From: Chrysemys picta bellii
Taxonomy: Eukaryota
Assembly: GCF_011386835.1 (NCBI RefSeq)
Contig: NC_088797.1
Location: 109,306,001-109,370,000 of the forward strand
DNA: 64,000 nucleotides
Direction: 5' to 3'
Each line of letters begins with the position of its first letter. The stretch's first letter is position 1. Of the stretch, positions 47,917 to 60,937 are shown in pieces. The notes beneath the pieces were generated by a model. It was given only the letters and a program-made list of their open reading frames with translations. It did no database searches and was not told where the DNA came from. Both the position numbers and the translations under genes were made by a program.

Positions 47917-48586
47917 TGTAAGACATTGGCTTCAGCAGTTAGCATGAGGCTTGAGGCCTATGAACTTTGGCATAGATAAACTTAGGTAACTCCTAAGTTA
48001 TGGAGAACTGGAAGTAGAGTGTAGGGGAATTTCGTCCATAAGGACATCAGCCAACCACAGAACATGAACTGACACTAGCTTCTGGAAGGTTTTGGACAGA
48101 ACATCTGACCACAACAGTGCCATGGCAATGAATTGGCGTATATGATAATAGGGTGAAATCATAAATACACTAATCTATAGAAGAAGGACACCTTAACATT
48201 GGTAGGGGCAGAAATACATATAAGGAAGAGGGGAGAAACCCCCATTGAATATGCGTTAGATATGGTAATGTCAGCGTAACATATTATAAAACTGGCATCC
48301 CAGGGCAGTAGGGGAGAGAGATGTAGCCCTTGGGAGGGGCCAGAATGATGGCCACTGGTGAAGATGAGGAAGGAGAAGGCGATGAGGAAAATAATGGCTA
48401 ACATTTCAGGTTGTTCTGCAAGGGATGGTCTGAGTATGGATGTTCAGATGTACTCTCTGTATTATCTCTATCTACCTTACTGAGTTAGAGTGTGTGTGAC
48501 TTTGCTAAACGTATTAATAAATTATTTATTTGTAAATATAAAAGAGTTCCTGAGTGTTGCACCTGTGCACATCGGGGTTCCCAACT
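47917..48586 (+). mobile_element. Possible solo LTR
   Basis: TG start (TGTAAGAC), TATA-like TATTATAAAA at about 48283, AATAAA at about 48516 and a distinct purine-rich interior. The 3' CA end and TSD are not clean. Confidence 0.3.
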
Positions 48587-49194
48587 ATATAATAATTTGA
48601 ATAATACCGGGCCTGATCTTGGGACGAGAACCTGTCAACCCTCAAAGAGATAACTGAGAATTTTTATTCATAATCTATAGATCAGGCTACATTACATTTG
48701 AATACCAAATATCAACACTGGTACTTTGTGAATAATCCATAAACAGCCAATTGTTCACTTGTGGTATCTGTTTAATCTTTCTGAATACTGATATATTTAC
48801 AAAAACTAGGCTTCATACATTTATTTCCTTTAAGTATATAAACATTAACAGAACACTTCTCCCAGATGGCTGGATGTCCTTGAAAGCTAATCAAAACTGT
48901 AACCCAACTAAGATAAAAACAGCAGCAGCAAACCAACAACTACTCTCCACACAAAAGAAGCCAATCAACAAAACAAAAATATCGTCACCTCATTCCCCCA
49001 TTAAAAAAAAAAAGCCAGGACCCCCTTTTAAGACCCTAAATCTCAAACCTCTACATACGCCTGCCCAAATAGGTGGGTTTTCAGCAGGTCCCAAACCTGG
49101 GCTATTTCAGAATAGTGAATTCCAAAGTCCATGGACCCTAAGTCCAAAGAACTGCCTGCCAGTGGCTCCACCTTTACACTGAGTTAGATAGAAG

Positions 49195-49680
49195 TGGAGC
49201 ACTGATCTCACATGCTATGGCATTGCCACCTAGGGAGAGAGGTGCTCTTTCAGATAGGCAGCTCCCAAGCCACTTAGGGCTTTATAGGTCAGAGACAACC
49301 TCTTTACCTCCATTCAGAAACAGAGAAGCAGCTAACTGTATTTTGGAGCACTGATGTCACATGCTCTTGGTGGAATAGCTCACTTAATGATGGGCCACAG
49401 CTGCCTTCTGCAGCAACTTGCTTTTCAAAGCTGATTTACAGTGTAACCCTAGACAGAGCTTTGAAATGACAAAGCCACGGGTGATGGTCGTAAGGCCTGT
49501 GTTCGTGAGAAAGGGCCACAACCTCCTGAGCAGATCAAATGGAAACAAGTCAGCTTGGGTCATTGCAAGTACAAGAAGCTTGTGGAACCCCAGATGAGAA
49601 AGCTCTCAGTGCCTTCTGGGACCTCCCAGCCAGAAAAGAATGAAGTTACCACAAGACAGCACCATCTATTCCCTGTTAGG
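49195..49680 (-). mobile_element. L2-clade LINE ORF2 C-terminal relic
   Basis: The minus strand encodes remnants such as LQKAAVAH..EHVTSVLQ..TYKALSGLGAAYLKEHLSP, typical of Q.AAARL..EHITPVL..YKAL.GLGP.YL. Confidence 0.65.
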
Positions 49681-49698
49681 TCAGTAAGCCCCCAAGGC

Positions 49699-49789
49699 TA
49701 GCTGGGGTTGGTCCTGCTTTGAGCAGGGGGTTGGACTAGATGACCTCCTGAGGTCTCTTCCAATCCTAATCTTCTACGATTCTATGATT
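49699..49789 (+). mobile_element. Short CR1/SINE shared 3' tail
   Basis: TTGGTCCTGCTTTGAGCAGGGGGTTGGACTAGATGACCTC...ATTCTATGATT is nearly identical to 39435-39520. Confidence 0.85.
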
Positions 49790-50766
49790 TCCAGAAGCAT
49801 GACACTCTTGGCTGGATCCCCAAGACCCTTGGTTTTAGAGCTCCACTCCTCAAATTACATGATGGCACCTTTCTGTTTTACCCTCCCCGATCAGTGCCGT
49901 CAGGGGTTGGCTCACCCCCCGGCAGCCAACTAGAGCAGCCAAAGGCCTTACACTAATTGAATTGATCCCCTAGGGGCCAGTTTGTCAGCCCAACATCAAG
50001 GCAGTTACACAAGGGATGAGTTTGGCTCTGAATGCTGGAATATTCTCAAGAGTGGAGCTACATGCATAATAAGTAGATGCCCAATATTGGTGGCATGTGA
50101 TAATGCATTTGTGTTCTGTTGTGCTTCTATTGTGTATTTTAATATGGTTTATAAGTCTGCCAAGAAGAAAGTTGAAGCAATAAGCTTGACTGATTGATTG
50201 ATTGATGCATCATTATTTTTAGGGTCCATTGCACAAACTATTTTGATAGTTGAAGCCCATAAAGTATAATGTCTGTGCTAAAAGTGACACAATGAAGAAG
50301 ATGCTGCACCTGATTCAATTTGAGCTTTGAGTCATTATTTAGAGCTGGGGGGGTTCAGGAGTTACAAAATACTGCCTCTCTGATTCCCTACTGGTAAGCC
50401 AGAAGATAAATGTCTGAAACTAAGGACCCCAGGCACACAATAATAAAACCCTTTTAGAGACTAGACCCGTCCACTAGTTAAAGGAAACCTATTCCCATTT
50501 TTCTGTTGGAAAAAAATGGAATGCAGTTTCTCAGTGGCAGATATCAAGCTCTTTATATTTAAACTGCAGCATTTAAAAAAAAAAGATACTGCACAAACAG
50601 GACTGGTGAGATGCAGCAAATTCTCTGCCTCCATCAGTAAAGGGAATGACTGCAACCCCCGAGCTTGGGATTCCTCTGACATATAGAAATCCCACACAAG
50701 TGTAGAGCCAAATTCCTAATCCACCCTCCTCACAGCCCAGGCCAGGGCAGCCGGAAGGGTCAAAAA

Positions 50767-50973
50767 GGGAGGGCACTGTGCTCCAGTTATGCTCAGTGGT
50801 TTGAGCATTAGCCTGCTAAACCCAGGGTTGTGAGTTCAATCCTTGAGGGGACCACTTAGGAATTTGGGGCAAAATCAGTACTTGATCCTGCTAGTGAAGG
50901 CAGGGGGCTGGACTCGATGACCTTTCAAGGTCCCTTCCAGTTCTAGGAGATGGGATATCTCCATCTATACTAT
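50767..50973 (+). mobile_element. Tortoise Pol III SINE
   Basis: GCTCAGTGGTTTGAGCATTAGCCTGCTAAACCCAGGGTTGTGAGTTCAATCC head with a CR1-like tail. It has about 15 extra nt in the head relative to the other copies. Confidence 0.9.
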
Positions 50974-53591
50974 ACCTGCGAGAAGGCCTTTGATTCCAGC
51001 TGGCAGAGATTAGAGCTGCTCCTAGCTTGCTCTGACTTGCATTGGGGCTAGAGCTGGGCTGAGTATCAGGGAGATGTAAACAAACTTGATGAAGCAAAGA
51101 ATATGAGGCTGTATTTTGTTAATGAAAAATGTTGGGGGGAAGTTTTATGTGTATTTTGTTATTTTGCTTTCTACAATGTGATAATTTTGAAGTTTTAAAT
51201 TAAAAGGGCATATTCAAGTTTCCCATCTGCTTCTGTGTGAATCTTTTACACCATCCCCTTTAGGGGTTATTTTGCCCCCCATACATTGTTTTAATCTTTC
51301 AGGAACAGGGAGCTAATATTTGAATGAAAGCTCTAGCTCTAGATAGTTTTTGATACACATCTCAGAAATATGACATTTGAAAAATACACTTCTAGCTCAC
51401 ATTCCAGTGTAGTTGCCACCTAAGAACAAGATAATGTTTAACAAATGCATCTTCCCAGAAGTACAGTGACAGATGAAACTGTTAGGAAAAGAGCGACAAG
51501 TTAGTTCTGAACACCATTTTATGGGTGGGTAAAATGTTCTCTCTTTCCTCCCTTTCTAGTGATGGATTGGGCTGCAAAATTTGGATCTTTTTCCAAATTT
51601 CAAACGCTCAAAATTCAGCGGTATTTGGCTATGGATTTTGGTTCAGCCCCTACAAACTCAGGTCCAGATCCAGTTTTGGTTCCAAGCTTCCACATAGCTA
51701 TGGGGGCGGGAGAGCGTACGTACCAAGGTTTTTAGTTCCAGTCTATCTCTACTTTTTAAGGGACAGATCTTGCAAAGTGGCTGAGTGCTCTCAGTTCCTG
51801 CTGACTATAATGGATTAAGTTCTAAATCTTCCCAAACAACTTCTAAATTACCTGGTAAATTTCTGGATTGGTTTTAGTTTGGAGCTAAACGATCTCGTTT
51901 ATGCAGCTAACCCAAAAGCTGCATTAGAAATTAAAAAGCCTCCAGGAAATTCCCCCTTGGAGTCTAATTATATTTCACAAGTTTCCAGTCTGAGTTCTGG
52001 AAATTATGGGACTGGGAGAACTGGGAGCTTATTTAATATTCACCTGGGGATACCCTTTTGGTGCTGGCATAGATCTCACAGGTGAAATGTGGCTCTGGAT
52101 CAGAGAATCTTCTCCTCTAGAACCAATGTGGTTAAGTAACCTACTCAGAGCATTTACACAGGGTGCGGTCAGCGCAAGAGCAGATCCTCAGTTCCCATAC
52201 CCCCTAGCTTGTCCCTGCTGACCCCGTGTGCTGCTGGGTAGATGTTTCATGCAGAGTGGAGCTCTGCACCATGCAGGAGAGTGCGTACCTCCTAGATGGA
52301 CCAATCCCTGCTGCGGTGTAACTACTGCCCAGGGGCCATCTGTAGCCTGTCGAGGAGTGGTTGGATTTTCCATTGCAATATAATTGCACCAGCACACTCT
52401 GAAGATCTGCAATTCTAATGAAGAACAACAAAATAATTGCACGCTGAAATCCACTATTGCTATATTCTAAGCTTGTCCCTTGCTCTGTACTCCCATTAAG
52501 ACTCCCTTTTGCAGAATCAAGGTAAGAGAGGAGCATAAAAAATACATTTTGATACAAATCCATCCCTGAAGTAACACCACTGGGTTCAATGGAGTTACCC
52601 AAGCGAAATGAAAGCGTCTCTTCTGTCTGAAACTAGGACACGTATTGATACATATGATAGAAAAATGTGCCCCTACAAAATATCTGTATTTTCACGTAAG
52701 AGAAAAAATATCTGGAAAAAAGTCTGTGATAAGACAAAATGTAATACAAGCAAAGAAAGCTGTTACCCTACTGGAAATATGAGACAAAGCTGTTCTGCTA
52801 CCTATAAATTACACCAGAGGCCACCTTTGAGTTATACAGGGTGAACATGGTGGAAGGATGACATCTAAAACTGTGGCACACTAATTCAGAACTAGATATT
52901 CTTTATTTAGGTGAGGTGGCCACACACAGCACACCAGGTCTTACATTTCTTTCTGATTGCCATACACAGAATTTTTAAAAAGAAAGACCCACTCACTTGC
53001 TGCGTCTCATCCTTGAAAAGTGACCATGAGGCCAAAACTCCCCATCCTTACTCAGGAAAAACTCACACTTGAGTAAGGACTGAGGAAGAACTTAGCAAAC
53101 CTTTATTCACAGGAGCAATCCTTATTCATGCAAATACTTCCAGTAATTCTAATGGGATTATTCATATGAGTCAAAACTATGGACCAGATTCTCCTCTACT
53201 TTTATTAGTATAAATGAAAAGTAACTTCACTGAAGTCAGTGGAGCTACATGGCAGTGGAGGACAGAGGAGAAGAAAGTGAGGCACTACTTGCAGGAGCAA
53301 GGTTTGCTGAACTGGAGTCTGACTAGGGACTCCAGGAACTGGTCCATAATGAAGAACCAGGGTAAGTGGCAAACAGTTTTTAAACAAGAACTCTATGAAT
53401 GAGCGTCATCAGTGAAACCAGGATCTAAATGGCGTGACTCATCATGCCTTACTTAGTTCTTTATATAAGACAACACTTAGGTATCACTATCACAGCAGGC
53501 ATCACCAGGGAACACTGTTACATATAGTCTTACAAATACTTTTTCTTAGCATGTGAGCAAGTTTTGACTCTTAGAAAGACATAGTGTGTTG

Positions 53592-53710
53592 TTAGAGAGA
53601 CAAGGTGGGTGAAGTAATATCTTTTAACTGAAGTTGACCCAATAAAAGATATTACCTCGCCCACCTTGTCTCCCTAATATCCTGGGACCAACATGGCTAC
53701 AACTCTGCAA
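53592..53710 (+). mobile_element. Mini Penelope-like hairpin, second family
   Basis: 35-bp arms at 53592-53626 and 53643-53677 with 3 mismatches. Same family as 1877-1981. Confidence 0.7.
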
Positions 53711-55064
53711 ACAATGCTGTATTGTTGTTATTTTTCAGTTATGCAGAGTTTTGATGAGACAGTTTTTGGAGAGAGGGAGATGTGTGAGAAGCAGGAGAGC
53801 TTGCACTCTGCTTGGGCTCTGATTAGGGTCAATTCTTGAGGCAGAGTTGCTCCCTGGGAATTGGGCATTGGTGTTGGACTAAGATTCCTGGGAAAATGTG
53901 GTTGCCCTGCATGCTGTTTAACCATCTCATTTCAGGACTGGTGTAAATTTAAAAAGCTGCACTTAGAATATACACAGACTTCACATCAGATCGTGTTCAG
54001 AAACCACACAAACTAACTGACTTTGACTTTGAGATACATATTATCAAGGAAGCTCATTAAATATTTAATATTCTTTCTTCAGTCCTTATTTGCCAAGTCA
54101 GTTTTTCTGTATCTGTGGAAATTGTATGTGTCATGCTTTGCATTTATAAGGAAGTGTACACAATAGCAAATGATCAAATAATGTTGAAGAAAGGTTAAAG
54201 TGTATGACCTATTGAACCCTAACTTGCAACTGTTATTGCATTAGATAGGTTTTCCTTTAAGGCAAATAACTGACCTTTGAACCTCTAGACCGTCGAGTCT
54301 GTCTTTCACCTCTGGCTCATACTTACAAAGTCTTAGTAGGAAGAATGGTCCTAAACAAACCTAATACTTGAACTGCTTCACCCTTATCACCAGGGCACAT
54401 TAAACCTTCTGAATATACTCTGTCCTTTATTATCCATATGTGAAAACAAAGTTGCATTTGCTATAGACAACTACATACATTCAACACTATAACTAATCAT
54501 TAATGCCTGGCCATTTTCTGCCACTATCAGTCACCATCCTAAAAATAATTGAGATCTAGTGTGCACAAAAGTAGAGCTAGAAATATTAGAGTAGTGGATC
54601 TAACATGCATCCATGACTACAATATCTTATATAAATATAAACTACCTACCAGACTGTACTTCAAAGTAGTAGCAAATATCCTTTTCAGATCAAGTGTCTC
54701 CTGCTTGGAAAATAAATGTCCCAAATTAGCATTGGGCATTTAGGTAGCAGCAGGAGACCATTATCCTGTGAAAACATTCTTTTTCATTGACATTATCTCT
54801 TAATTATTGCCCATCTTGGACTAAATTAGCATCCATCATTGTAGGGAAATGCTACACATTATTCTCAGTTCTGGTATCCGTGATTTCTTTCACTATAACT
54901 TCATTTTCAGTATATTCCTATTTAGGTTCAGTTTGCTTCATATCTATCCATCTAAACTACAACATTTCACTGCAAACAAATGAACCTGCCAAAAGGCAGT
55001 ACCCCCTTCCTCTTGTATACCATTATCATCCCCATCCTTGTGCTTCCCTGGTCTGTTGTTCCAT

Positions 55065-55375
55065 TGCAGAGAAGAATAGTCTTGTGGTTAAGGCATTGTA
55101 TTGAGGCCTCTGCAGATCCAGGGTCAATTCCCACCTCCACCTCAGACCTGTGTGATCATGAGCAAGACATTCAGTCTCTCTGGGCCAGACTGTGAACCCT
55201 CTATACACATTGGTGAGCACTTGCTCATGCAAGTGGACTCCTTAACTTCAGTGTGAGAGGTTCACAATCTGTGCCTCAGTTCCCTCTCTATAAATTGGGG
55301 ATAATATTTCTTACTTTCTCCCATCCTTTGACTGGCCTGTCTGTTTAAATTGTAAGCTATTTAGAGCAATGGACC
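55065..55375 (+). mobile_element. MIR-like CORE-SINE with a nested ~90-bp inverted-repeat element (about 55181-55272)
   Basis: The MIR core is split between TTCAGTCTCTCT and GTGCCTCAGTTCCC. The insert has arms CAGACTGTGAACCCT / AGGTTCACAATCTG. Confidence 0.6.
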
Positions 55376-56169
55376 ACGTCCTGTGCTGGATTCAATTGGG
55401 CTATGCAAATTTACAGTGGAGGGTCTGGCCCAATGATAGAATCAAATACAAAATCTTTCCTAGTTTTCCTTTGATTGTGGGTTTTAGTGAATAGCTAAAC
55501 AATATTCAAAATCACCATTAACCCAATAGGGTCATTTTTCCTCACTGGATTTACACTTGAAACCATAAGCCCGTGACCCACTCCCATCACCCTGTTGCCT
55601 TATAACCAGCCCCACAATCTCACTTACTTGATATCATCTTCAGAACAAGGCCTATAGGCCTGCAGTCCCCTTTTTACTTCTCACAGCTTCAGTGAGTGGG
55701 TGGCTGGGACCTACAGGGCTCTCCAGGGACAGCTGTTTGGCCTGTAACTCCTTAGGTGTGGCAAGGAATGTCTGTTCCCATACCCCAGCACCAGAACATC
55801 TTCAGTGGGGCACGTGACTGTCCATCCCACCATTCAATCATGACAGCAGTGAAATCCAAAAGGATTCTCTAGGCCTGCTGCTGTTGTTGATTCGTTTGAA
55901 TACATCCGCCTCCTGTTCATCAGAAGTGCATAATCTAGCGGGTGAGAAGGTGTCCTCTTAGACCCATCAGTAAGTCTTGCTGATGAGGTAACATTAGAAG
56001 CAAAATAAACCTTCTTACAGCGCCACTTGTTAGGAAGCTTTTCCCCTTCCTCCCAGGCAAGGTCCTGCCACAAAGATACATGCGTTCAGACTGGATTGTT
56101 ACAGTTTGCTGTCTCTGGGGCGGACAATGAAAGCAATGCAGAAGCTCTAGATTGTGCAACCTATGACAG

Positions 56170-56470
56170 CCTGCCTCCTTCGAGCACTGCACTCCTGTGC
56201 AGTGGTCCCTCCACTCACTCCCAATCTGCTAGCTTTGCCAATTCAGACCCTCAGTCTTGATCTTCAAAGCAATTAACAGGCAAGGATCCAGTTACATCAG
56301 CGATTGCATCTCACCCGTGAACCACCAGGACAAATGCACTCCCCTAGGACTATCCTTAGAGTGTCCACGACAAACCACATGACAGCCAGAGACAAACTGT
56401 TCTGTCACAAGGATTTGGGTGTGGAATGAACACCCAAGGTGGTTTGATCAATCCAACCTTACTACTTCAT
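56170..56470 (+). mobile_element. L2-clade LINE ORF2 C-terminal relic
   Basis: Translation TPVQWSLHSLPIC..QFRPSVLIFKAINRQGSSYISDCISP matches the L2 motif TPVL.SLHWLPI..QFK..VLIFKA.NG.GP.Y. Confidence 0.65.
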
Positions 56471-56699
56471 CTTTGATAAAGCTTTTCCATTATAACTAGA
56501 ATTATATATATACCTCAAGCAGAACCACCTACAACCAAGAAAGGAAGAAGAGCAGAACTCCCCATTAAATTCATATGGACCTTTCTGGGCAGATCTGATT
56601 TGCCTGAGAAGCAACTATATGGGGAGGGGTGCTGTAGAAAACCCTAAGAGTAGCCAGAGTTTGATGTACCCCTTTGGACAAGCCTCACCGGGTTTCAGG

Positions 56700-56960
56700 G
56701 TTCATTATGAAATCTCTAATAAATAGCACAGGCTACAAGCAAAGATAGTGTAGGCAGGCACTGTGCTACCTTTCCCACATAGCTCTTCCAATTCCTATCC
56801 ATTCTGACCTCCAGCACCTGCGCTGGTCCATCCCCGGGCCTCTCTTGAGCAGATACTGATGATTGTACAGCATTGTGCTGTGGACAAATGTCTATTAGGG
56901 ACCATCAAGCCCATTTTCATTTGTGAGCGACCTAATCAAGATGTGACCCTAGGTCTCCAA
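56700..56960 (-). mobile_element. LF-SINE-like element
   Basis: The minus strand has GTCCCTAATAGACATTTGTCCACAGCACAA and GCTATGTGGGAAAGGTAGCAC, collinear with recalled LF-SINE blocks. Confidence 0.5.
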
Positions 56961-57249
56961 GGAGAGTGCATTAACCCAGAGGGGCAGCTTCCCCCACCAC
57001 CACACTCCCTTTTTAAATTAGTGTTAACAAAAATAAAGGCAAACAACCCCCACACCTAACCCCTATGTTAATATGCTCTGAAAGGTCGGATGCAGGACTT
57101 CTAAAAACCAGAAGATACAAGGTCCACTGGTTGTGTCTAGGTATTAGAACCTCTAAGATATGGAAAACCATCGACTGTTTAAAACGGACTACAATGTCTG
57201 GTCACAATGGAGCAGATAAAAAAAGAGAGCTGCAGCTTTAACTTTACCT

Positions 57250-58870
57250 TTCTGGCTTTTGTTAGCTCGAGTCGGATCCTGGCGGAGCTGCATTTAATAT
57301 GCTATAGACTCAAGATGTTTCTTTTTTTTTTTTTTTTTTTTTGATGTGTGGTGAATATCCAGCATGTAATTGAAAAAAGGAAAGGGGGCTGCTTGTTTGC
57401 TGCCTGATCCAGGAATGATTAAAGGTAGAAGTTTTTCGGGCATTACTGACAGAAAGGGTATAGTTAAAGCTTCTTTAAAAAAGAGAGCCTTCATAAAGAG
57501 CCAGTACTCAAGCCGCTATTAAAAGCATCATGCTTGTTAAAACCTGTAAAAAGGCAGGAAATCAGTGAGTGAAATGCAGCTTCTTCACCAATTACTGAAA
57601 GGAGTGTACACCTTAAAGCACTCTTTGAATTGTGTCATACCAGCCTCTGTCTCTCTCTCTCTCTCCCCATCCCCTCACCCTGTGTCTCCCTCTCTCTCTT
57701 TCTCGTGCCAGGCCATTCAATGGATACATTAGTGAAGGAGGGTTGGGGGAGAACAGGTTTACAATGCTACACCAAGTTCACTTCTCGCTTGTTGTTTGCG
57801 ACCCATTTACAGCTGAATGACTCTGTGCAGAGACAGCTCTAAATGACTCTCTCCACCTCTTCACCAAGCCACTTGTTTTTGTCATTTCTTTCTCTTTTTT
57901 AAATCCAAAGAAAATAATTGATAAACCGAACGTCGTCCACCTTAAAGGCAAATGCATATCCACCTGGTTAAAATTCCTCCTCTTTCTATTCTCCATCTCC
58001 CTATATCCATTTTGCTCGGCGCTGTTTAAACAATACTTCATCAAACGCAGCCCGAAGCAAATAAAAAGCACAGTAGAGTAAATAAAAAGTAAAAAAAAAA
58101 AAAAAATCACAGGCTGGAGGGTAAGTACTTTTATTCCTGTACTTTCGTTGCCTGGGGAATTATTATTCCATTGCTGGTTTCATGAGGGAGGGGGGTGAAA
58201 GGAGAGCCATGTTATTCACAAAATGGATTGCTCCTCTCACTGCTTTTCACTCCTGTGGGTTCTCAAGAGTCCACTGATTACAACAAAGTGTGGCCATCTA
58301 TTCCGTCTTATTGACAAAGGTCCTTAATTACTGCTGCACCAGTAATACCTGCTATTAAATTCTGCTAAACAGAGGCTGCAAATTAGCTGCGGATCTCGGT
58401 AACCTTTTGTGTGTAATTACTGGCAGTGGGATTGACGCTGAGGCTATATAACTGACCCGAGTCAGAGCAATGGGAAACCTTTGTTTATCACCTGCGGTGG
58501 GGGCCAAAATGTGAAATTAAAAGCTCTCCATCAGCTGAAGGCCTTCAGAAGCCCAGGAAAGCAACAGGCAAAAAAGCAAACTGTTCTATATTTATAACCA
58601 TCGTCTTCAACTGCTATTTAAACTCACAGCTCATTAACCTGGTAGGCTGTTGTAATGTACAAGGCATGCAAAGTTTAAAATGGCAAAAATTTAGGTTGCC
58701 TTTTTGAGGCGTTCTATATTTCATGAAGGCCTTTAACCTGCATTTAAGAGCCTGTTTGATGCAATTGCTGACTATAAATAGCCGTCAGTATAAAAAATGC
58801 ATGAACTTTTAACATTTGTCTTAAGGAGCCCCTTTTTAATATAAGAATTCTTTCCTATTCTATTCAGATT
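57250..58870. promoter_or_regulatory. Putative conserved non-coding/enhancer cluster
   Basis: About 1.6 kb with no recognisable transposon. CpGs are retained (GCTCGAGTCGGATCCTGGCGG, AACCGAACGTCG, GCTCGGCGCTG, GCTGCGGATCTCGG) and TAAT/ATTA motifs are dense. Confidence 0.45.
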
Positions 58871-59571
58871 CTTATACTGTGCCCATCACCAGGCTACAAG
58901 AGTGCTTTCTAATTGTGCAATAAGGGCTCGATCCTGCCAGGCATTGAGCATTCTGGCCCCAATCAAGCAAACACTTAACTTTAAGCATGTGAGTTGTCCC
59001 ATTGACTGCAGGAGGACTCACATCAATGTTGCCGTTTCGGGCCAGCCTGCTTAGCACCTTGCAGGACTGAGCCCCAGGCAATGGAACTAACATCTGTTAC
59101 ATGTGTTCCTATGGGCTGCGCGATCGTAAGCTCTATAGAGAGAGGAACAAAACTCTCTAATTTCTTGCATTAGATAATGTTCATCATATTGGACTGAATT
59201 CTAACAAGCCCTTACTCAGCTGCATGTAAGGGAGGAGCATGCAAGGAGCCTTCTTAACATTCACGCACACCTTAAGCAAAGGCCTGTCTAATAGGTAGAC
59301 CCTGCTCGCCTGTGACACAGGGGGGACTAAAATACAGGGAATATAATGCATCTTCCAAAGAGGTATAACAATGGGCACTTTCTCATTGCATTCCTCCATT
59401 TCAGATCCTTGTTTTCATCATATAATATTACATAATGATGATGATTGATGATTACATTGCTAATATAACACATTTAAGAGGAGTTCCTAAAGCAAATACT
59501 GGTATGGATTTTAAAGTGAAGTTGCTAAATTTACATGATATGGGTTACAACAGAGTAGACATAAACTCTAG

Positions 59572-59752
59572 TAGAATTATAGAATATCAGGGTTAGAAGG
59601 GACCTCATCTGGTCCAACCCCTTGCTTGAGGCAGGACTAATCCCCAGACAGATTTTTGCCCCAGATCCCTAAATGGCCCCCCCTCAAGGGCTGAACTCAC
59701 AATCCTAGGTTTAGCAGGCCAGTGCTCAATCCACTGAGCTATCCCTCCTCCC
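59572..59752 (-). mobile_element. Tortoise Pol III SINE, full length
   Basis: The reverse complement begins GGGAGGAGGGATAGCTCAGTGGATTGAGCAC and ends ...TGATATTCTATAATTCTA. Confidence 0.9.
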
Positions 59753-60791
59753 GATAGAGCTATAAGGCTAAAGTACCCAAATCAGGTGAGTAACTTTTCT
59801 AGTGATGTGTCTGTTAGAGAGCATTCAGTTACATAAATTCATAGAATAGATACACAGCATCTGTGTCTAGACACACAAGGCCAAGTAACTCTTGTTGAAA
59901 TCATTGGGAGCTGCATGGGCATCTCCAAGTGCAGAATTTGGCCAAAGATGCTTTTTAAAACTACTTCATGGGAGGACTTTATCAGATTAAAAGGATCTAA
60001 TGGGAAGATAACAACCTCATCAGCTTGGAAGGAGAGGATGGATTTCAAGTCCATTTCATAAAGAGGCCTGGGATAAATTTGGAGATTGCAGACTTCTAGT
60101 GATGAGGCAAACTGGAAAGATTTAAAAGGGAGTCTTGTATTATAATGGCTTATATTATAATAGATCTCCTGCTACCTTCTCCTATAGCCATGAATTGCAC
60201 TTGGCAGCCTATGTTTATCTACTGCTCTTGTAGGCAGAAGCATTTACAGGAGTAGCAAATGCACCATATGTTGTAATGATGCTCACTCTGAGATAGGGTA
60301 ACACCCTGTTAAATAGCTATATCTGATGACTATGTTCCTGTATAATGTCTCTTCAAACAAAAGTTAACTGTTGTAATGATTGTTTTGTTTCTGATATTTA
60401 CATGCCAAGGATTTGTAAACTTGTTAAAACTTCCTAAATAAATATTTTTGTAAAAAATGCACCATAATCAAACATACAGGGTGAAATCCTGTCCCCGCTG
60501 AAATCAATAGTCTCATTGACTTAAATAGGGCCAGAGTCTCCAATCCTCAAGTCAGGTTGAGCTCTGTTTGATGCAGGAGCTGAAGGAGAGGATTAATGGT
60601 ACTTCTGCATTCCCCCAATTCTTGGGCCAAGCAGGAGCCAGCCAGATAACATTATGTAAGAAGGTATCTAATATATGTCCTTAGAAATTACAGGATTTTA
60701 CAAGCCATTCTAGTTTTGCAGCCATTATTCCTAGAACTTCTGCTGTCTAAAATGCATTATACTTACTGTACTAGGTGTCATTGACTCTAGT

Positions 60792-60937
60792 AAAAAGCGA
60801 CAAAGAGTCCTGTGGCACCTTATAGACTAACAGAAGTATTGGAGCATAAGCTTTCGTACGTCTGTTAGTCTATAAGGTGCCACAGGACTCTTCGTTGCTT
60901 TTTACAGATCCAGACTAACACGGCTACCCCTCTGATA
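60792..60937 (+). mobile_element. Mini Penelope-like element (inverted plus direct pseudo-LTR hairpin)
   Basis: 43-bp arms at 60792-60834 and 60861-60903 with 3 mismatches. Perfect 12-bp TSD ATTGACTCTAGT (60780-60791, 60938-60949). Confidence 0.85.

Noticed and set aside
49207-49222. CTCF-like TGCCACCTAGGG motif
   Set aside because: Imperfect match inside an L2 relic; expected by chance at this length.
57778-58110. 110-aa minus-strand ORF inside the CNE-like cluster
   Set aside because: It starts in a poly-T run (FFFFLLF), has low-complexity composition and no homology; a non-coding explanation is preferred.
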